64,000 bases of DNA from Candidatus Latescibacterota bacterium (GTDB lineage Bacteria; Latescibacterota; UBA2968; UBA8231), in contig OY730476.1 in assembly GCA_963422735.1 (NCBI GenBank), positions 1,856,001 through 1,920,000 of the forward strand, written 5' to 3'. Made by a program: the position numbers and the translations under genes. A model generated the notes under the pieces. The model was not told the DNA's origin. It was given only the letters and a program-made list of their open reading frames with translations, and searched no databases. Numbering within the stretch: position 1 is the first letter of the stretch; each line of letters opens with the position of its first letter. This document shows, piece by piece, positions 29,985-40,329 of this stretch.

Positions 29985-31358
29985 TTACGCATTGGATTGG
30001 TTGCTCCTGTCTAGCGCATCCCCGATTTCGCGGATGGCCTGTTCCAGCTTGCTCAAGCGCTCGTTGGTGTCTTTTATGTCTTCTTGAATTCTCGTCGCGA
30101 TCTCGACCTGCTCTTCGAGCTCCTCGACCTTCAAGGAGTCCTCGTCGCTGACGAGGATGCTGGTCAGCGTAGCCGTAAAAACCCCCACCAGAACCATGCC
30201 CGTAATCACCAGAAAAACCGTGAGGACTTTGCCCCAAGCAGTCTGGGGGTTGTGGATGTCGGCGTACCCGCCAGTGACCAGCGTCGTAAAGCTCCACCAA
30301 AGACTCGCCCAGAATCCCGAACCAGACTCCATGCGCTCCAAGCCCATGAAAATGCAGGCCCCAAACACGAGCGATAACAAGCCGTACAGCAGGGACCGCT
30401 TGAGGAGCCGCACGTCCAATGTGGAGCTTAAGTGATCCATGCCGCGCCAGAAAAACAGCGCGATGCGGAACACTCGCAACGCCCGCAAAATCCGCATGGC
30501 TCTCAGCAGACGCCCAAGGCGAACAAATTCCAATTGGCCGGACGCGGCAATAACTTGCACCGGGGGCAGTGGAATGGACGTTATGAAGTCGATCCAGTTG
30601 CGCTTCCAGTACCACTTTTTGGACGCGGCGAGGGTGTGTTCAAAAAAGAAGTTGACCATAAAAAGGGTACAGCAGACTAAGTCGACGATCCAGAACAGCC
30701 ACAACTTGCCGACCGCAAAGTGGGGCGCGATCTCCACTGTGGGACTGACGTAGTGTTCGCCGGCCTCAATGACTTCCACTTGAGTTAGCTTGCCGGCAAC
30801 GACCTGCCCAATGACCAAGGCACCAGATCCCACTGCGTCCGCTATTTCAACATTCACCCGCTCGTACCCGGTGCCCTCATTCAGAACGACGACTCGGCGT
30901 ATCTGACCGTCCTCGACTTCGGCTTGGGCAACGGCCCCACCGCCCGTGGCCCCAATGCCGAGCAAGTCAACGACCAGAATGCCAATGATAAAGAGAATGA
31001 GAAAGAAGATGATCATGTCTTTGACCACTACCCTTTTGGCACTTCCCAGTACCCGCGCTTGTTCGTTCATCAGATGCTTTTTTTGTCGTACCTCCTCGAG
31101 GAGGGCGACCTTGTCCAACAACTTCTCTTTTTCGGCGTTTAGCTTGGCGATCTGCGATTCAGCTTTATCCAGATTCAGTTCGTACTGGCCGTGCCTTTTG
31201 CTCAAATGGACCGTTTCTACCTTTTCGATCATTTCGTCGAGTTCTTTTTCTGCGTCGGCTAGCTGATGATCAATCCTACCTATCTCCTGCATTACCACGT
31301 CCTTCATCTTGGTAATGCGTTCGAGAGAGCACAACTCCAGTCGCTTTGATAATGACAT
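29985..31358 (-). CDS. 6-TM voltage-gated (Kv-like) ion channel with coiled-coil termini and an S1-S2 insertion
   Basis: NWIDFITSIP (S3), RLGRLLRAMRILRALR (S4), WWSFTTLVTGGYADI (pore). Confidence 0.85.
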   Translation of the reverse strand: MSLSKRLELCSLERITKMKDVVMQEIGRIDHQLADAEKELDEMIEKVETVHLSKRHGQYELNLDKAESQIAKLNAEKEKLLDKVALLEEVRQKKHLMNEQARVLGSAKRVVVKDMIIFFLILFIIGILVVDLLGIGATGGGAVAQAEVEDGQIRRVVVLNEGTGYERVNVEIADAVGSGALVIGQVVAGKLTQVEVIEAGEHYVSPTVEIAPHFAVGKLWLFWIVDLVCCTLFMVNFFFEHTLAASKKWYWKRNWIDFITSIPLPPVQVIAASGQLEFVRLGRLLRAMRILRALRVFRIALFFWRGMDHLSSTLDVRLLKRSLLYGLLSLVFGACIFMGLERMESGSGFWASLWWSFTTLVTGGYADIHNPQTAWGKVLTVFLVITGMVLVGVFTATLTSILVSDEDSLKVEELEEQVEIATRIQEDIKDTNERLSKLEQAIREIGDALDRSNQSNA

Positions 31359-31416
31359 AGTACGTCGTCCTGTGTGGTTGCGTTCTGACCTACCCCTAGC
31401 CCCCAGGGGGAACGGC

Positions 31417-33090
31417 TTAGAACAACCCCTTGATCTGTCCTGCGTCGTCGAGGTCAATCGACTCGGCCGAGGGCTTCTTAGGCAGGCCAGGCATCGTCAT
31501 AATATCTCCCGTCAGCACCACCACAAAGCCGGCCCCAGCGGAGACTTTGACGTCGCGCACCGGCACGTCAAAGCCGCGCGGCCGTCCCTTGAGGCCGGGA
31601 TCGGTCGATAGCGAGTACTGAGTCTTGGCTATGCAGACGGGCAGGTTGCCGTAGCCTTCGTCCTCCAGCCGCCTGAATTTGCTCCGCAGCATCTTGTCTC
31701 CCATGATGTCGTCGGCGCCGTAGACGGCTTGGGCGACGGTGCGGACCTTGTCCCAAAGCCGCATGTCGTCGGGATAGAGCAGCTTAAAATCGCTCTGCGT
31801 GTTTTCGGCTACCTGCACCACGGTGCGGGCGAGATCCTCGGCTCCCGCGCCGCCACGAGCGTGGTGATCGGCGGAGACGATCTCAACTCCGAGGTGAGCG
31901 CACTTGTCGTGGATGCACTGGATCTCGGCGTCGGTATCCGTGGCGAAGGCATTGACCGCTACGACGACGGGCAAGCCGAAAAGGCGGATGTTTTCGATGT
32001 GCTTCTTGAGGTTTTCAACGCCTCTTTCAACCATCCCGACATTGGGTTTGGCGATGCGCTTGAGCGTAGCACCACCGTGAAATTTGAGGGCGCGCACTGT
32101 GGCTACCAACACCACGAGGTCGGGTGTTAGGCCGCTCTGGCGGCACTTGATGTTGGCGAATTTCTCCGCGCCCAAGTCCGCGCCAAAGCCGGCCTCGGTG
32201 ACGGTGTATTCGGAGAGGCGCGTACCCAGACGGGTGGCGGCAATGGAGTTGCAGCCGTGGGCGATATTGGCAAAAGGGCCGCCGTGGACTAAAGCCGGGT
32301 TGCCCTCTAGGGTTTGCACCAAGTTGGGTTGGCAGGCGTCTTTGAGCAGCACCGCCATGGCGCCGTGGACTGCTAGGTCCGCAGCGCGAATGGTCTCGCG
32401 GGAGCGGGTCTGGGCGACGACGATCCGGCCGAGCCGCTCTTTGAGTTCGGCCCGCGATTCAGAAAGGCAGAGGATGGCCATAACCTCCGAGGCGACGGCA
32501 ATGTCGAATCCCGCTTGGCGCGGAAAGGAGTTGGCGGTCCCTCCTAGCCCGACGACGATATCGCGCAGTGCTCGGTCGTTTATGTCGAGGACGCGGTTCC
32601 AGACGATGCGACGGGGATCAATGCGGCGTGCATTGCCGTGGTGGATGTAGTTGTCGAGAGCAGCGGCGAGTAGGTTGTGCGCGGTGGAGACGGCGTGAAT
32701 ATCCCCAGTGAAGTGCAAGTTGATGTCCTCCATCGGCGCCACCTGAGCGTAGCCGCCGCCGGCGCCGCCGCCCTTCAGGCCGAAGCAAGGCCCCAGCGAA
32801 GGCTCCCGCAGGCAGACGGTGGCGCGCTTGCCAATGCGGTTGAGCGCGTCGCCGAGCCCGATGGTGGTGGTGGTCTTGCCCTCGCCAGCCGGAGTCGGGT
32901 TGATGGCCGAGACGAGAATCAGCTTGCCGGCGGTAGGCGCGTTTTCGAGCTGCTGGCAGAAATCCTGCGAGATCTTGGCCTTGACGCGGCCGTAGTGTTC
33001 GAGGTGTTCGGGGCCGATTCCGAGCTGGGCGGCCACGTCGTCAATGGGGCGGAGCGGGGTCTGGCGGGCGATTTCAATATCGGGTAACAA
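31417..33090 (-). CDS. fhs: Formate--tetrahydrofolate ligase
   Basis: [49 protein letters not shown]; TTG start after GGAG. Confidence 0.97.
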   Translation of the reverse strand: MLPDIEIARQTPLRPIDDVAAQLGIGPEHLEHYGRVKAKISQDFCQQLENAPTAGKLILVSAINPTPAGEGKTTTTIGLGDALNRIGKRATVCLREPSLGPCFGLKGGGAGGGYAQVAPMEDINLHFTGDIHAVSTAHNLLAAALDNYIHHGNARRIDPRRIVWNRVLDINDRALRDIVVGLGGTANSFPRQAGFDIAVASEVMAILCLSESRAELKERLGRIVVAQTRSRETIRAADLAVHGAMAVLLKDACQPNLVQTLEGNPALVHGGPFANIAHGCNSIAATRLGTRLSEYTVTEAGFGADLGAEKFANIKCRQSGLTPDLVVLVATVRALKFHGGATLKRIAKPNVGMVERGVENLKKHIENIRLFGLPVVVAVNAFATDTDAEIQCIHDKCAHLGVEIVSADHHARGGAGAEDLARTVVQVAENTQSDFKLLYPDDMRLWDKVRTVAQAVYGADDIMGDKMLRSKFRRLEDEGYGNLPVCIAKTQYSLSTDPGLKGRPRGFDVPVRDVKVSAGAGFVVVLTGDIMTMPGLPKKPSAESIDLDDAGQIKGLF

Positions 33091-33118
33091 AGTAAGCTCC
33101 TGATTTAAATGGATTGGT

Positions 33119-33937
33119 CTATACGCCGCAAAATGCGGAAAAGCCGCCATCGATGGGCACAATAGTACCGGTGACAAACGCGGCTGCGTCTGAAAAGAGC
33201 CACAGGGACGCGCCGACGACCTCGTGCGGGTCGCCAAAGCGGGCCATGGGGACATTTTTGAGAATGGTCTCGCCGCGATCGGTTAGCTCTCCGCTTGTTT
33301 CGTCGAGGAGCAGGAAGCGGTTTTGCGTAGTGATCATAAAGCCAGGGGCCACGGCATTGACGCGGATTTTGGGCGCGTAGGTTGTGGCCATATGCACGGC
33401 TAGCCAGCGGGTGAAGCTGTCGGCAGCAGCCTTGCCGTTGGAATACGCCAAAGCCCGCGACAGCGGCAGCCCTCCGCCGATTGAGGTGATATTGACGACA
33501 GCTCCCTCGCCTTTAGCGGCGAAGACGCGGCCCACCGCCTGTGAGGGCAGGACGGCGCTTAGATAGTTGAGATCCATCACCATCTTGACCGCCTCTGGGT
33601 CCATATCAAAGAATTCTAGTTCGGGGGAGGTCGTGGTGTCCTTGTGGCTGCCGCCGGCCCCATTGAGCAGGAAGTCGATGGTGCCAAAGTGCTCGATGGT
33701 CTCGGCGAGCGCGGCCGCGATGCTATTTTTGTTGACGACGTTGCACTCGACGGGGAGGGCCTTGTCGGGGAAATCTTGGTTGATCTCGTCGGCTTTGGCG
33801 CGTGCCGCCTCTGGAGCAATGTCCCAGATCGCCACCTCTGCGCCGGCTCGAGCAAGGCCACGGGCGATCTCGCCGCCAATGGCACCGCCAGCACCGGTCG
33901 CCACGGCCTTTTTGCCACGGAAGTCAAAAGTAGTCAA
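33119..33937 (-). CDS. SDR oxidoreductase (D-mannonate oxidoreductase-like)
   Basis: [35 protein letters not shown]. Confidence 0.88.
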   Translation of the reverse strand: MTTFDFRGKKAVATGAGGAIGGEIARGLARAGAEVAIWDIAPEAARAKADEINQDFPDKALPVECNVVNKNSIAAALAETIEHFGTIDFLLNGAGGSHKDTTTSPELEFFDMDPEAVKMVMDLNYLSAVLPSQAVGRVFAAKGEGAVVNITSIGGGLPLSRALAYSNGKAAADSFTRWLAVHMATTYAPKIRVNAVAPGFMITTQNRFLLLDETSGELTDRGETILKNVPMARFGDPHEVVGASLWLFSDAAAFVTGTIVPIDGGFSAFCGV

Positions 33938-34072
33938 GGTGATGCCTCTCCTTCTGCTAAAATTCAGGTGCTGAGCCGTAGGCTTCGGCCTCGGGGTCGG
34001 TGGTTTTGACGGAAAATGTTATTCTATTTAATCAGACCCCTTTTTGCAATTTCACCGCAGAGGAGGCACGAC

Positions 34073-35155
34073 ATGGCACAACCGTTGGGCGCAGCCTACA
34101 GACAGATCGCAGCGACGCGGCCGCGCGGAACGTATCGCGGCGCAGTAGTCGGCTGTGGGCGGATGGGCAGCACCATCGATGACGAGCATATCGGGATGGC
34201 GCACTATCCGTGGCCGTGGGCACACGCCCCGGCCATGATCGAGGCACGGGGCATTGAGTTGATCAGCGCGGCCGACGTGGATCGAGCCAAGCTGGACGAC
34301 TTTGCCCGGCGCTGGGGAGTAGAAGCCCTGTACGAAGACTACCGCGAGTTGGTCGCCCAAGAGCGGCCCGACGTGGTGGCGGTGACGACGCGGCCCGACG
34401 AGCGGGCCGAAGTGGTTATCGGCCTGGCCGAGGCCGGGGTGCGGGCGATTTTTGCCACCAAGCCGATGTGCCGCACCTTGGCCGAGGCCGATGCGATGAT
34501 TGCGGGGTGCAAGGCAAGCGGAACGATTCTTTCCATCGCCTGCCATCTCAACTGGTATAGCTGGTACACCAGTGCGCGGCGTGCTATGGCCGACGGGGCG
34601 ATTGGCCGGTTGCGCTCCATGGTGTGCCACAGCCCGCACAGCCTGTCGAACCTGCAAAGCCATACGCTGGCCCTGTTTCGGCTCTTTGCCGAGGCACCAG
34701 CCGAGTGGGTAATGGGCGAGATGGACGACGACGCGCAGGCCGCAGCCGACCGGGATTTATCCGGCTCCGGCTACATTGCCTACGCCAACGGGGTGCGCGG
34801 CTTTCTCAACTCCCGCGCCGACCGCTCGGGGCATGGGTGGACCTTGGAATTTATCGGCGAACACGGGATGATTGTCTCGCGCAACGCCCACGCGCAATTC
34901 GAGCTGTGGGGGGCGCACCCAGAGACCGGCGAGCCGATCCAGCGGCCATTCCCCAACCCGTGGCACCCGCGCTCGTCCATGGTCGATGCGATTGAGGGCG
35001 TCTGTCGGGCGATCGAGGAGGGGGAAGAGCGGATTTGCCCAGGGGAATTTGGGCGCGAGGCCCTAGAGCTTGCCATTGGCTTGCGCGAGTCGCATCGGCA
35101 GGGCAATAGGCGGGTGGATTTGCCGCTGGCGAATCGGGCGTTGCGAATGGGCTAA
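34073..35155 (+). CDS. Gfo/Idh/MocA oxidoreductase
   Basis: VVGCGRMG, YEDYRELV, ATKPM (EKP variant); AGGAGG RBS. Confidence 0.85.
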   Translation: MAQPLGAAYRQIAATRPRGTYRGAVVGCGRMGSTIDDEHIGMAHYPWPWAHAPAMIEARGIELISAADVDRAKLDDFARRWGVEALYEDYRELVAQERPDVVAVTTRPDERAEVVIGLAEAGVRAIFATKPMCRTLAEADAMIAGCKASGTILSIACHLNWYSWYTSARRAMADGAIGRLRSMVCHSPHSLSNLQSHTLALFRLFAEAPAEWVMGEMDDDAQAAADRDLSGSGYIAYANGVRGFLNSRADRSGHGWTLEFIGEHGMIVSRNAHAQFELWGAHPETGEPIQRPFPNPWHPRSSMVDAIEGVCRAIEEGEERICPGEFGREALELAIGLRESHRQGNRRVDLPLANRALRMG

Positions 35156-35284
35156 ATGGCAGCCGTTCCGAAGGCCGTCTTTCCATCGTTGACGGCAATC
35201 CAAATCCATCTATCCGATGAACTGGCCCCGTTGTCTTACCAGAGAGCAGCCATAGGAATTTACCGCGAAACACAGGAATCGGGA

Positions 35285-35494
35285 AACGGAATTTCCTAGT
35301 GTACGGTTGGGGATTCAGGTTTCATGTAGGCGGTTTCACTCGGCTGGCCCGTAGCCCTCGTCCGAGCCAGCGCGGTCCCCGCGTCGATGTTCCGGGGCCC
35401 GTCGCCAAGAGGGCGAATGGGACGGACCCCTGACCCCTGACCCCTGACCCCTGACCCCTGACCCCTGACCCCTGACCCCTGACCACTGACCACT
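35285..35494. repeat. Dispersed element copy 2: core plus 10 heptamers (GACCCCT x8, GACCACT x2)
   Basis: Core aligns with 29620-29771; tail 35425-35494. Confidence 0.85.
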
Positions 35495-35938
35495 GATTAA
35501 ACAGTCCTTATTCTAGGAAAGTCCGTCGGGAAAAAGCAAAGCGTGGGCTGTTCAGGGAGAAGTAGGAATCGGCTTCATTTGGAGACTGACAAAGAAGAAG
35601 CTGAGCCTATCAGTGCAGCAAGGGATCTCTCTTTTCTGTGGCAAACCTACAAGCGAAGAAGAGAGCAGACCGGCTGATCTGCTGTTAGTGCAAGTTATGC
35701 CGACCAGCCTGCTTGCAACCTTCAGCTTCTAAGGCCGTCCAGTTTCGGTATTTGGTCTTCCCTCGGTGCTCAGCGCATCGGGGAGATTTCTTTGCCCGGC
35801 GCATTCTCGCAGGAATAGGGGAAGAAGTGAAGATTGGGTAGGTGGGGGCCCGGAGTAGTGCTTGAGTAGGTGCGGGAATGAGTGTTGAATTGCTTGCGAT
35901 GGGAACGGAATTTTTCAGATGGGAGGTGGATTTTTGCT

Positions 35939-36218
35939 ATGGGACGAAACCAGTGGAAGCAGCCGACAGAGGCGAGTTTTACCCGCAGTGTGATCGCGCT
36001 GTTGATGATGCACGGCTGGCTTGGGACATCCCGGCTTGTCCGATGTCGTGGCGGTCGAGGAACGGTTCGGCAAACCGCGCTTGCTCATGCTGGAATTGAA
36101 GCGAGACAAGAGACGGTATCGCACGACCGCAGAGCAGAGACGGTGGGGAAAGGCCATCCAGCGAGCGGGGATTAAAGAGCCGACGGACTGACGGGAGCTG
36201 GTGGAGCAGGTCAAGTAG
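35939..36218 (+). pseudogene. Decayed VRR-NUC-like PD-(D/E)xK nuclease
   Basis: TEASFTRSVIALLMMHGW then, after a frame change, GHPGLSDVVAV...LMLELK...TTAEQRRW. Confidence 0.55.
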
Positions 36219-36227
36219 GGTTTTCCT

Positions 36228-36271
36228 TCACCGCATGAGATCGGCGATGCGCTCGCCGATGGCCATAGAGG
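36228..36271. repeat. 44-bp direct repeat of the GMC gene 3' end (other copy 37239-37282)
   Basis: TCA(C/A)CGCATGAGATCGGCGATGCGCTCGCCGATGGCCATAGAGG, one mismatch. Confidence 0.9.
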
Positions 36272-36276
36272 ACTCG

Positions 36277-36762
36277 TTATTCTTCAGCGATACTCAAAAT
36301 AAGAGTCCGCACGTTATCGCTGAGATGAAAATGTATCTCTTGCAACCGATCGAGAAGCGGTTTTACCGCTAGGATATGACCCTCTTGTTTGGCTTTGAGT
36401 AATACACCTGCTGTGCCTGTTACACGCAAACCTCATAGGCGAGCTATTCTTCTTGCGAGTTTCTCATCGATAATAACTAGGCTGTCTGATTCTTCTAATG
36501 CCAAAGCCAGCACCTCGGTTTCACCCGGGCCAAAGTCTGTGCTCAATCCCAGAATTTGCGGAGACCGAATGGCTCGAGTTTCGATCCATTCATAACCGTC
36601 TATCTCTGGCACATCTTCACCTTGCCTGCGTCCTGCTTCCAACTCTGCTACAACTGCTTTTGGAACAATTATCTCCTGATAGAGTTTTTGCAGCAGAGCA
36701 AGGAGGCGGAGTCGATGGAGATAAAAAATTGGCGATGTATTGCTGATTACGACCTCAGGCAT
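36277..36762 (-). pseudogene. DUF3368 (PIN-like) toxin with premature TGA
   Basis: VISNTSPI...GPGETEVLALA...IDEKLARRIARL*GLRVTGTAGVLLKAK...; frame stays open for 51 sense codons past TGA 36433-36435. Confidence 0.85.
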
Positions 36763-37006
36763 TTTGGAGGTCCTGTTCTAATTCCTCATCTGTCATATCA
36801 AAGATAGGCACACCGTAGTGACCCATATTTTGGAGAAATTGGACGCGCGACATGCCAGCCAATTCAGCCGCACGCCCGGAAGACATTTTACCCATTTCAT
36901 AGAGCTTGGCGGCAGCAGCCATGCGGACCTCTTGGGTAAATTCTTCGGGCGTCTCTTTTAAGGAGAGAAAAATCTCTTCTGGCACTTCAATCTGAATCGT
37001 CTGCAT
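36755..37006 (-). CDS. UPF0175 family putative antitoxin
   Basis: MQTIQIEVPEE...AAAKLYEMGKMSSGRAAELAGMSRVQF. Confidence 0.88.
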   Translation of the reverse strand: MQTIQIEVPEEIFLSLKETPEEFTQEVRMAAAAKLYEMGKMSSGRAAELAGMSRVQFLQNMGHYGVPIFDMTDEELEQDLQNA

Positions 37007-37238
37007 TTTTATTTCTTTGGTTTCATTATGACCACAGGTGAAGGCATTATTCAATAGATTCACTGCCAATATGAACCAGAATGCTCTTCTTGGAAATTTC
37101 TAAATATACTCAATCTCTTTGTAAATTGGCGATCCCAAAACCCTGTAGAATGGTGTACAGATGTTCACGCCCGAGTATGCAGATTTGCAGCGCAATGGTA
37201 TCAGTGGTCTGATGGGATGAGTGGGACTCGATGCCTGT

Positions 37239-38804
37239 TCAACGCATGAGATCGGCGATGCGCTCGCCGATGGCCATAGAGGTAATGTTGGTGTTGGCGC
37301 GCACGCAGTCGGGCATAATGGCCGCGTCGGCCACGCGCAGGTTTTCGAGGCCGTGAACTCGGCCGTACTGATCGACGACGGCCATCGAGTCTGTCTCCGG
37401 CCCCATCTTGCAGGTCGAGGAGACGTGGTGGCTGGTGCCTACTTCGCGCCGCATCCACTCGTCGAGCGCGTCGTCTGTGTCGAGTTCGGCGTCGGTTGGG
37501 CCGATGCGCTCGGCCACGAGCCCGCTGAGTGCATCGTGTTTGAGGAGGTCAATGATGATGCGGATGGATTCGCGCAGACGGCGGCAGTCTGAAGATTCGG
37601 CCAAGTAGTTGTAGTCGAGCACGGGCTGCGCGTGCGGGTCGGTGGAGGCCAGTTTGAGTTCGCCCTGTCCCTCAGCCAAGTAGATGCAGCCGACTAAGTA
37701 GAAGCCCAAGGGCTTGGAATGCGACGAGGCGTAGTAGCCCTCGGTCGTGGCAAAGGAAGCCGGGATAATGAACATGTCGTTGCGCCAGTCCGATCCGGTG
37801 GCGGTGTAGCGCAGGCCGATTTGCAGCCGAGGCTCGGTGCCGTCGCCGAGGTACTCGTCCTTGGCCCGCAGAGTCGCGCTCACTTGCGGATGGTCGCGCA
37901 GATTCTGCCCGACGCCGGGAAGCTCGCACACCACGTCAATGCCCATTGCCTCCAAGTGCGCGGCCGGCCCAATGCCCGACAGCAAGAGCAGATGCGGCGA
38001 GCCAATGGCCCCGCCGCAAAGCACGATTTCTCCGCCGTGGACCGCGGAGAGGGCACCGTCGCACTCGACGAGCAGGCCGGTGGCACGCTGGCCGGCAAAG
38101 AGTACGCGGTGGACGTGTGCGTTGGCTTGAATGGTGAGATTGGGGCGACCGCGAGCTGGATTGAGGTAGCCGATGTTGGTGCTCCAGCGGATGCCCTCGG
38201 CGTTGTTGAGGGCCAAGGGGCCGACGCCGGTGGAAGCAGGATCGTTGTGATCGGGGCAGTCGGGGTAGCCAGCGGCGAGCGCGGCCTTGTAGAAGGCGCG
38301 ATGCTCGGGGTTGAGTTCGCGGTCGGTGAACCGCCGAGCGCGGATGGGACCGTCGGCACCGTGGTAGGGAGTGTCGCCGTAGTCGGGATCGGATTCGAGG
38401 CGACGCAAAAAGGGCAACAGGGCGTCATGGCTCCACAGGTCATTGCCCGCCGCCGCCCAAGAGTCGTAGTCTTCGGGCACCCCGCGCAAAAAAATCTGCG
38501 CGTTGACCGCACTCGACCCGCCGACGATTTTGCCGCGTGGCACAAACATATCGGGACGCAGGTCCGTAGCCCGGGCGCGATACTCCCAGCCAAATCGGGT
38601 GCCCAAGCCAAAGGCGCGGTCCCAGATATTGCGATCGCTCCCGTAGGCATAGCGGATCTCCTCGGGCAAGTCCTCAACCGCAGCAAAATCCGGCCCAGCC
38701 TCCAGCAGCAAGACCGACCGACTCTGATCCTCGCTGAGCCGCGCCGCGAGCACCGCACCCGCTGCTCCAGCCCCGGCAATGACGACATCGTAAGACGCAG
38801 ACAT
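37239..38804 (-). CDS. GMC oxidoreductase (choline dehydrogenase-like)
   Basis: GAGAAG, RGKIVGGSSAVN, LLLSGIG, GVGQNLRDH, HVSSTCKMG. Confidence 0.93.
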   Translation of the reverse strand: MSASYDVVIAGAGAAGAVLAARLSEDQSRSVLLLEAGPDFAAVEDLPEEIRYAYGSDRNIWDRAFGLGTRFGWEYRARATDLRPDMFVPRGKIVGGSSAVNAQIFLRGVPEDYDSWAAAGNDLWSHDALLPFLRRLESDPDYGDTPYHGADGPIRARRFTDRELNPEHRAFYKAALAAGYPDCPDHNDPASTGVGPLALNNAEGIRWSTNIGYLNPARGRPNLTIQANAHVHRVLFAGQRATGLLVECDGALSAVHGGEIVLCGGAIGSPHLLLLSGIGPAAHLEAMGIDVVCELPGVGQNLRDHPQVSATLRAKDEYLGDGTEPRLQIGLRYTATGSDWRNDMFIIPASFATTEGYYASSHSKPLGFYLVGCIYLAEGQGELKLASTDPHAQPVLDYNYLAESSDCRRLRESIRIIIDLLKHDALSGLVAERIGPTDAELDTDDALDEWMRREVGTSHHVSSTCKMGPETDSMAVVDQYGRVHGLENLRVADAAIMPDCVRANTNITSMAIGERIADLMR

Positions 38805-38947
38805 AAGATCCCCTTTGTTGTCCTAATCCTCAATATAACCTCTTAATACACGACAGTAGTCCAATGGACGTTACGTATGGGCATCTTATACCGCTTCTAC
38901 TGTCATGTACTTAGACATAGCCCTAATCCTTGTAATATAGGACGCCC

Positions 38948-40327
38948 CTACAACTGCTCCGCTAATTCCTCGGCCGGATAGGTGAGAATCTCCGCCAAGG
39001 TCGGATGATAATGGGGAATTCTCGCCAAATCTTGCACTGTCCCGCGAAAGTACATCACCGCGATCAACTCGTGGATCAGCTCGCCGGCCTCTGGGCCGAC
39101 AATGTGGCCCCCGAGCATTTCGCCTGAGCGCGGGTCGCAGAGAATTTTTGCGTGGCCGCAGGTTTCGCCCATCGTCAGCGACTTGCCGTGGTCGTCAAAA
39201 GGGTAGCTGGCGACCAAATAGGGCCGGTCCGCGTCGCGGCAGTCCCGCTCGCTGAGGCCGACGCTGGCCACCTGCGGATCGGTGAACACGACCAGCGCGT
39301 TGAGGCGGTCGTCGAAGCGATGCTCGGGGCGGTCGGGATGCGTGGCATTGTACGCGGCGATTTCACCCTGCTCGATGGCGATGTGGACGATCTCGTGCTC
39401 GCCGTTGACGTCGCCGACAGCGTAGATGTGGGGCTGGCTAGTGCGCATGGCCGCATCGACGACAATGCGCCCGCGGGCGACCTCGACGCCGGCTTGGTCC
39501 AAGCCCAACCCGTTGATGTGTGGACGGCGACCGAGGGCTTGGAGGACGAGGTCAGCCGAGGTCGTTTTTTCTGCGCCATTGCAGAAAAAATGCGCTGTCT
39601 TGCGCCCGTTTTCCTCGGTGAATTGGCGCAGTTGAGTGCCGGTGTACACCTCCATGCCCTCCTCGCGGAAGCGCGCTTCAACCGGCCGCGCCAAATCCTC
39701 GTCGCCGGCCGAGAGAATGTGATTGCTGCGCTGGATGAGCGTTACCTGCGTGCCAATGCGCTGAAAGAACTGGGCCAACTCCACGGCGACCGGGCCGCCG
39801 CCGAGGACGAGCAGGCTCTCTGGCTGCTGGCACATGTCGAGGGCCTCGTCGCTGGTGAGGTAGCCGACGCGGTCCAGCCCCGAGATCGGGACGCGGTGGG
39901 GTGTAGAGCCGGTGGCAATAATAAAATGCCCGGCCTCAATGACGCCGTCGCCGGCTTGGAGCGTCTGCGGCGAGAGGAAGCGGGCACGCGCTTCGTAGAG
40001 CGCGAAGCGGCCGTCGCTGAGTTGCTCGCGGCGATAGGCGGCAAAGTCGGCGACCAGCCGCGCCTTGCGTTCGACGATGGCGGCTAAGTCAGCGCAAACT
40101 TCCACCGGCGCTAGGCCAAATTCGGAGGCGCGGCTTAGATGTGAGGCCATCTCGGCTGAGCGCAGGATCGCCTTGCTGGGCATACAGCCGCGCAGAATGC
40201 ACAGGCCACCCCACGGACCTTGGTCGATAACCGCAACATTTGCGCCGGCCGCGTGGGCCGTGCGCGCCGCTGCGTACCCGGCCGAGCCACCGCCGATGAC
40301 CGCGATGTCGCATTGCACAGTTGCCAT
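38948..40327 (-). CDS. Pyridine nucleotide-disulfide oxidoreductase (dihydrolipoyl dehydrogenase-like)
   Basis: GGGSAG, GGLCILRGCMPSK, IYAVGD, YHPTLAE. Confidence 0.9.
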   Translation of the reverse strand: MATVQCDIAVIGGGSAGYAAARTAHAAGANVAVIDQGPWGGLCILRGCMPSKAILRSAEMASHLSRASEFGLAPVEVCADLAAIVERKARLVADFAAYRREQLSDGRFALYEARARFLSPQTLQAGDGVIEAGHFIIATGSTPHRVPISGLDRVGYLTSDEALDMCQQPESLLVLGGGPVAVELAQFFQRIGTQVTLIQRSNHILSAGDEDLARPVEARFREEGMEVYTGTQLRQFTEENGRKTAHFFCNGAEKTTSADLVLQALGRRPHINGLGLDQAGVEVARGRIVVDAAMRTSQPHIYAVGDVNGEHEIVHIAIEQGEIAAYNATHPDRPEHRFDDRLNALVVFTDPQVASVGLSERDCRDADRPYLVASYPFDDHGKSLTMGETCGHAKILCDPRSGEMLGGHIVGPEAGELIHELIAVMYFRGTVQDLARIPHYHPTLAEILTYPAEELAEQL

Positions 40328-40329
40328 AG

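Noticed and set aside
35296-35493. ORF MVSGQGSGVRGQGSGVRG...
   Set aside because: Translation artefact of the GACCCCT microsatellite
36433-36435. In-frame TGA codons (also 1766-1768) as stop-codon reassignment or selenocysteine
   Set aside because: Many intact genes here end in TGA, Trp is encoded by TGG, and neither position is a catalytic Cys site; simple nonsense mutations are more likely
37719-38846. Long antisense or alternate-frame ORFs (also 59079-60086, 3873-4739, 61357-62430)
   Set aside because: Shadows of real genes in high-GC DNA; no recognisable motifs
38948-40327. Mercuric reductase MerA
   Set aside because: Lacks the C-terminal Cys-Cys pair and any mer operon context
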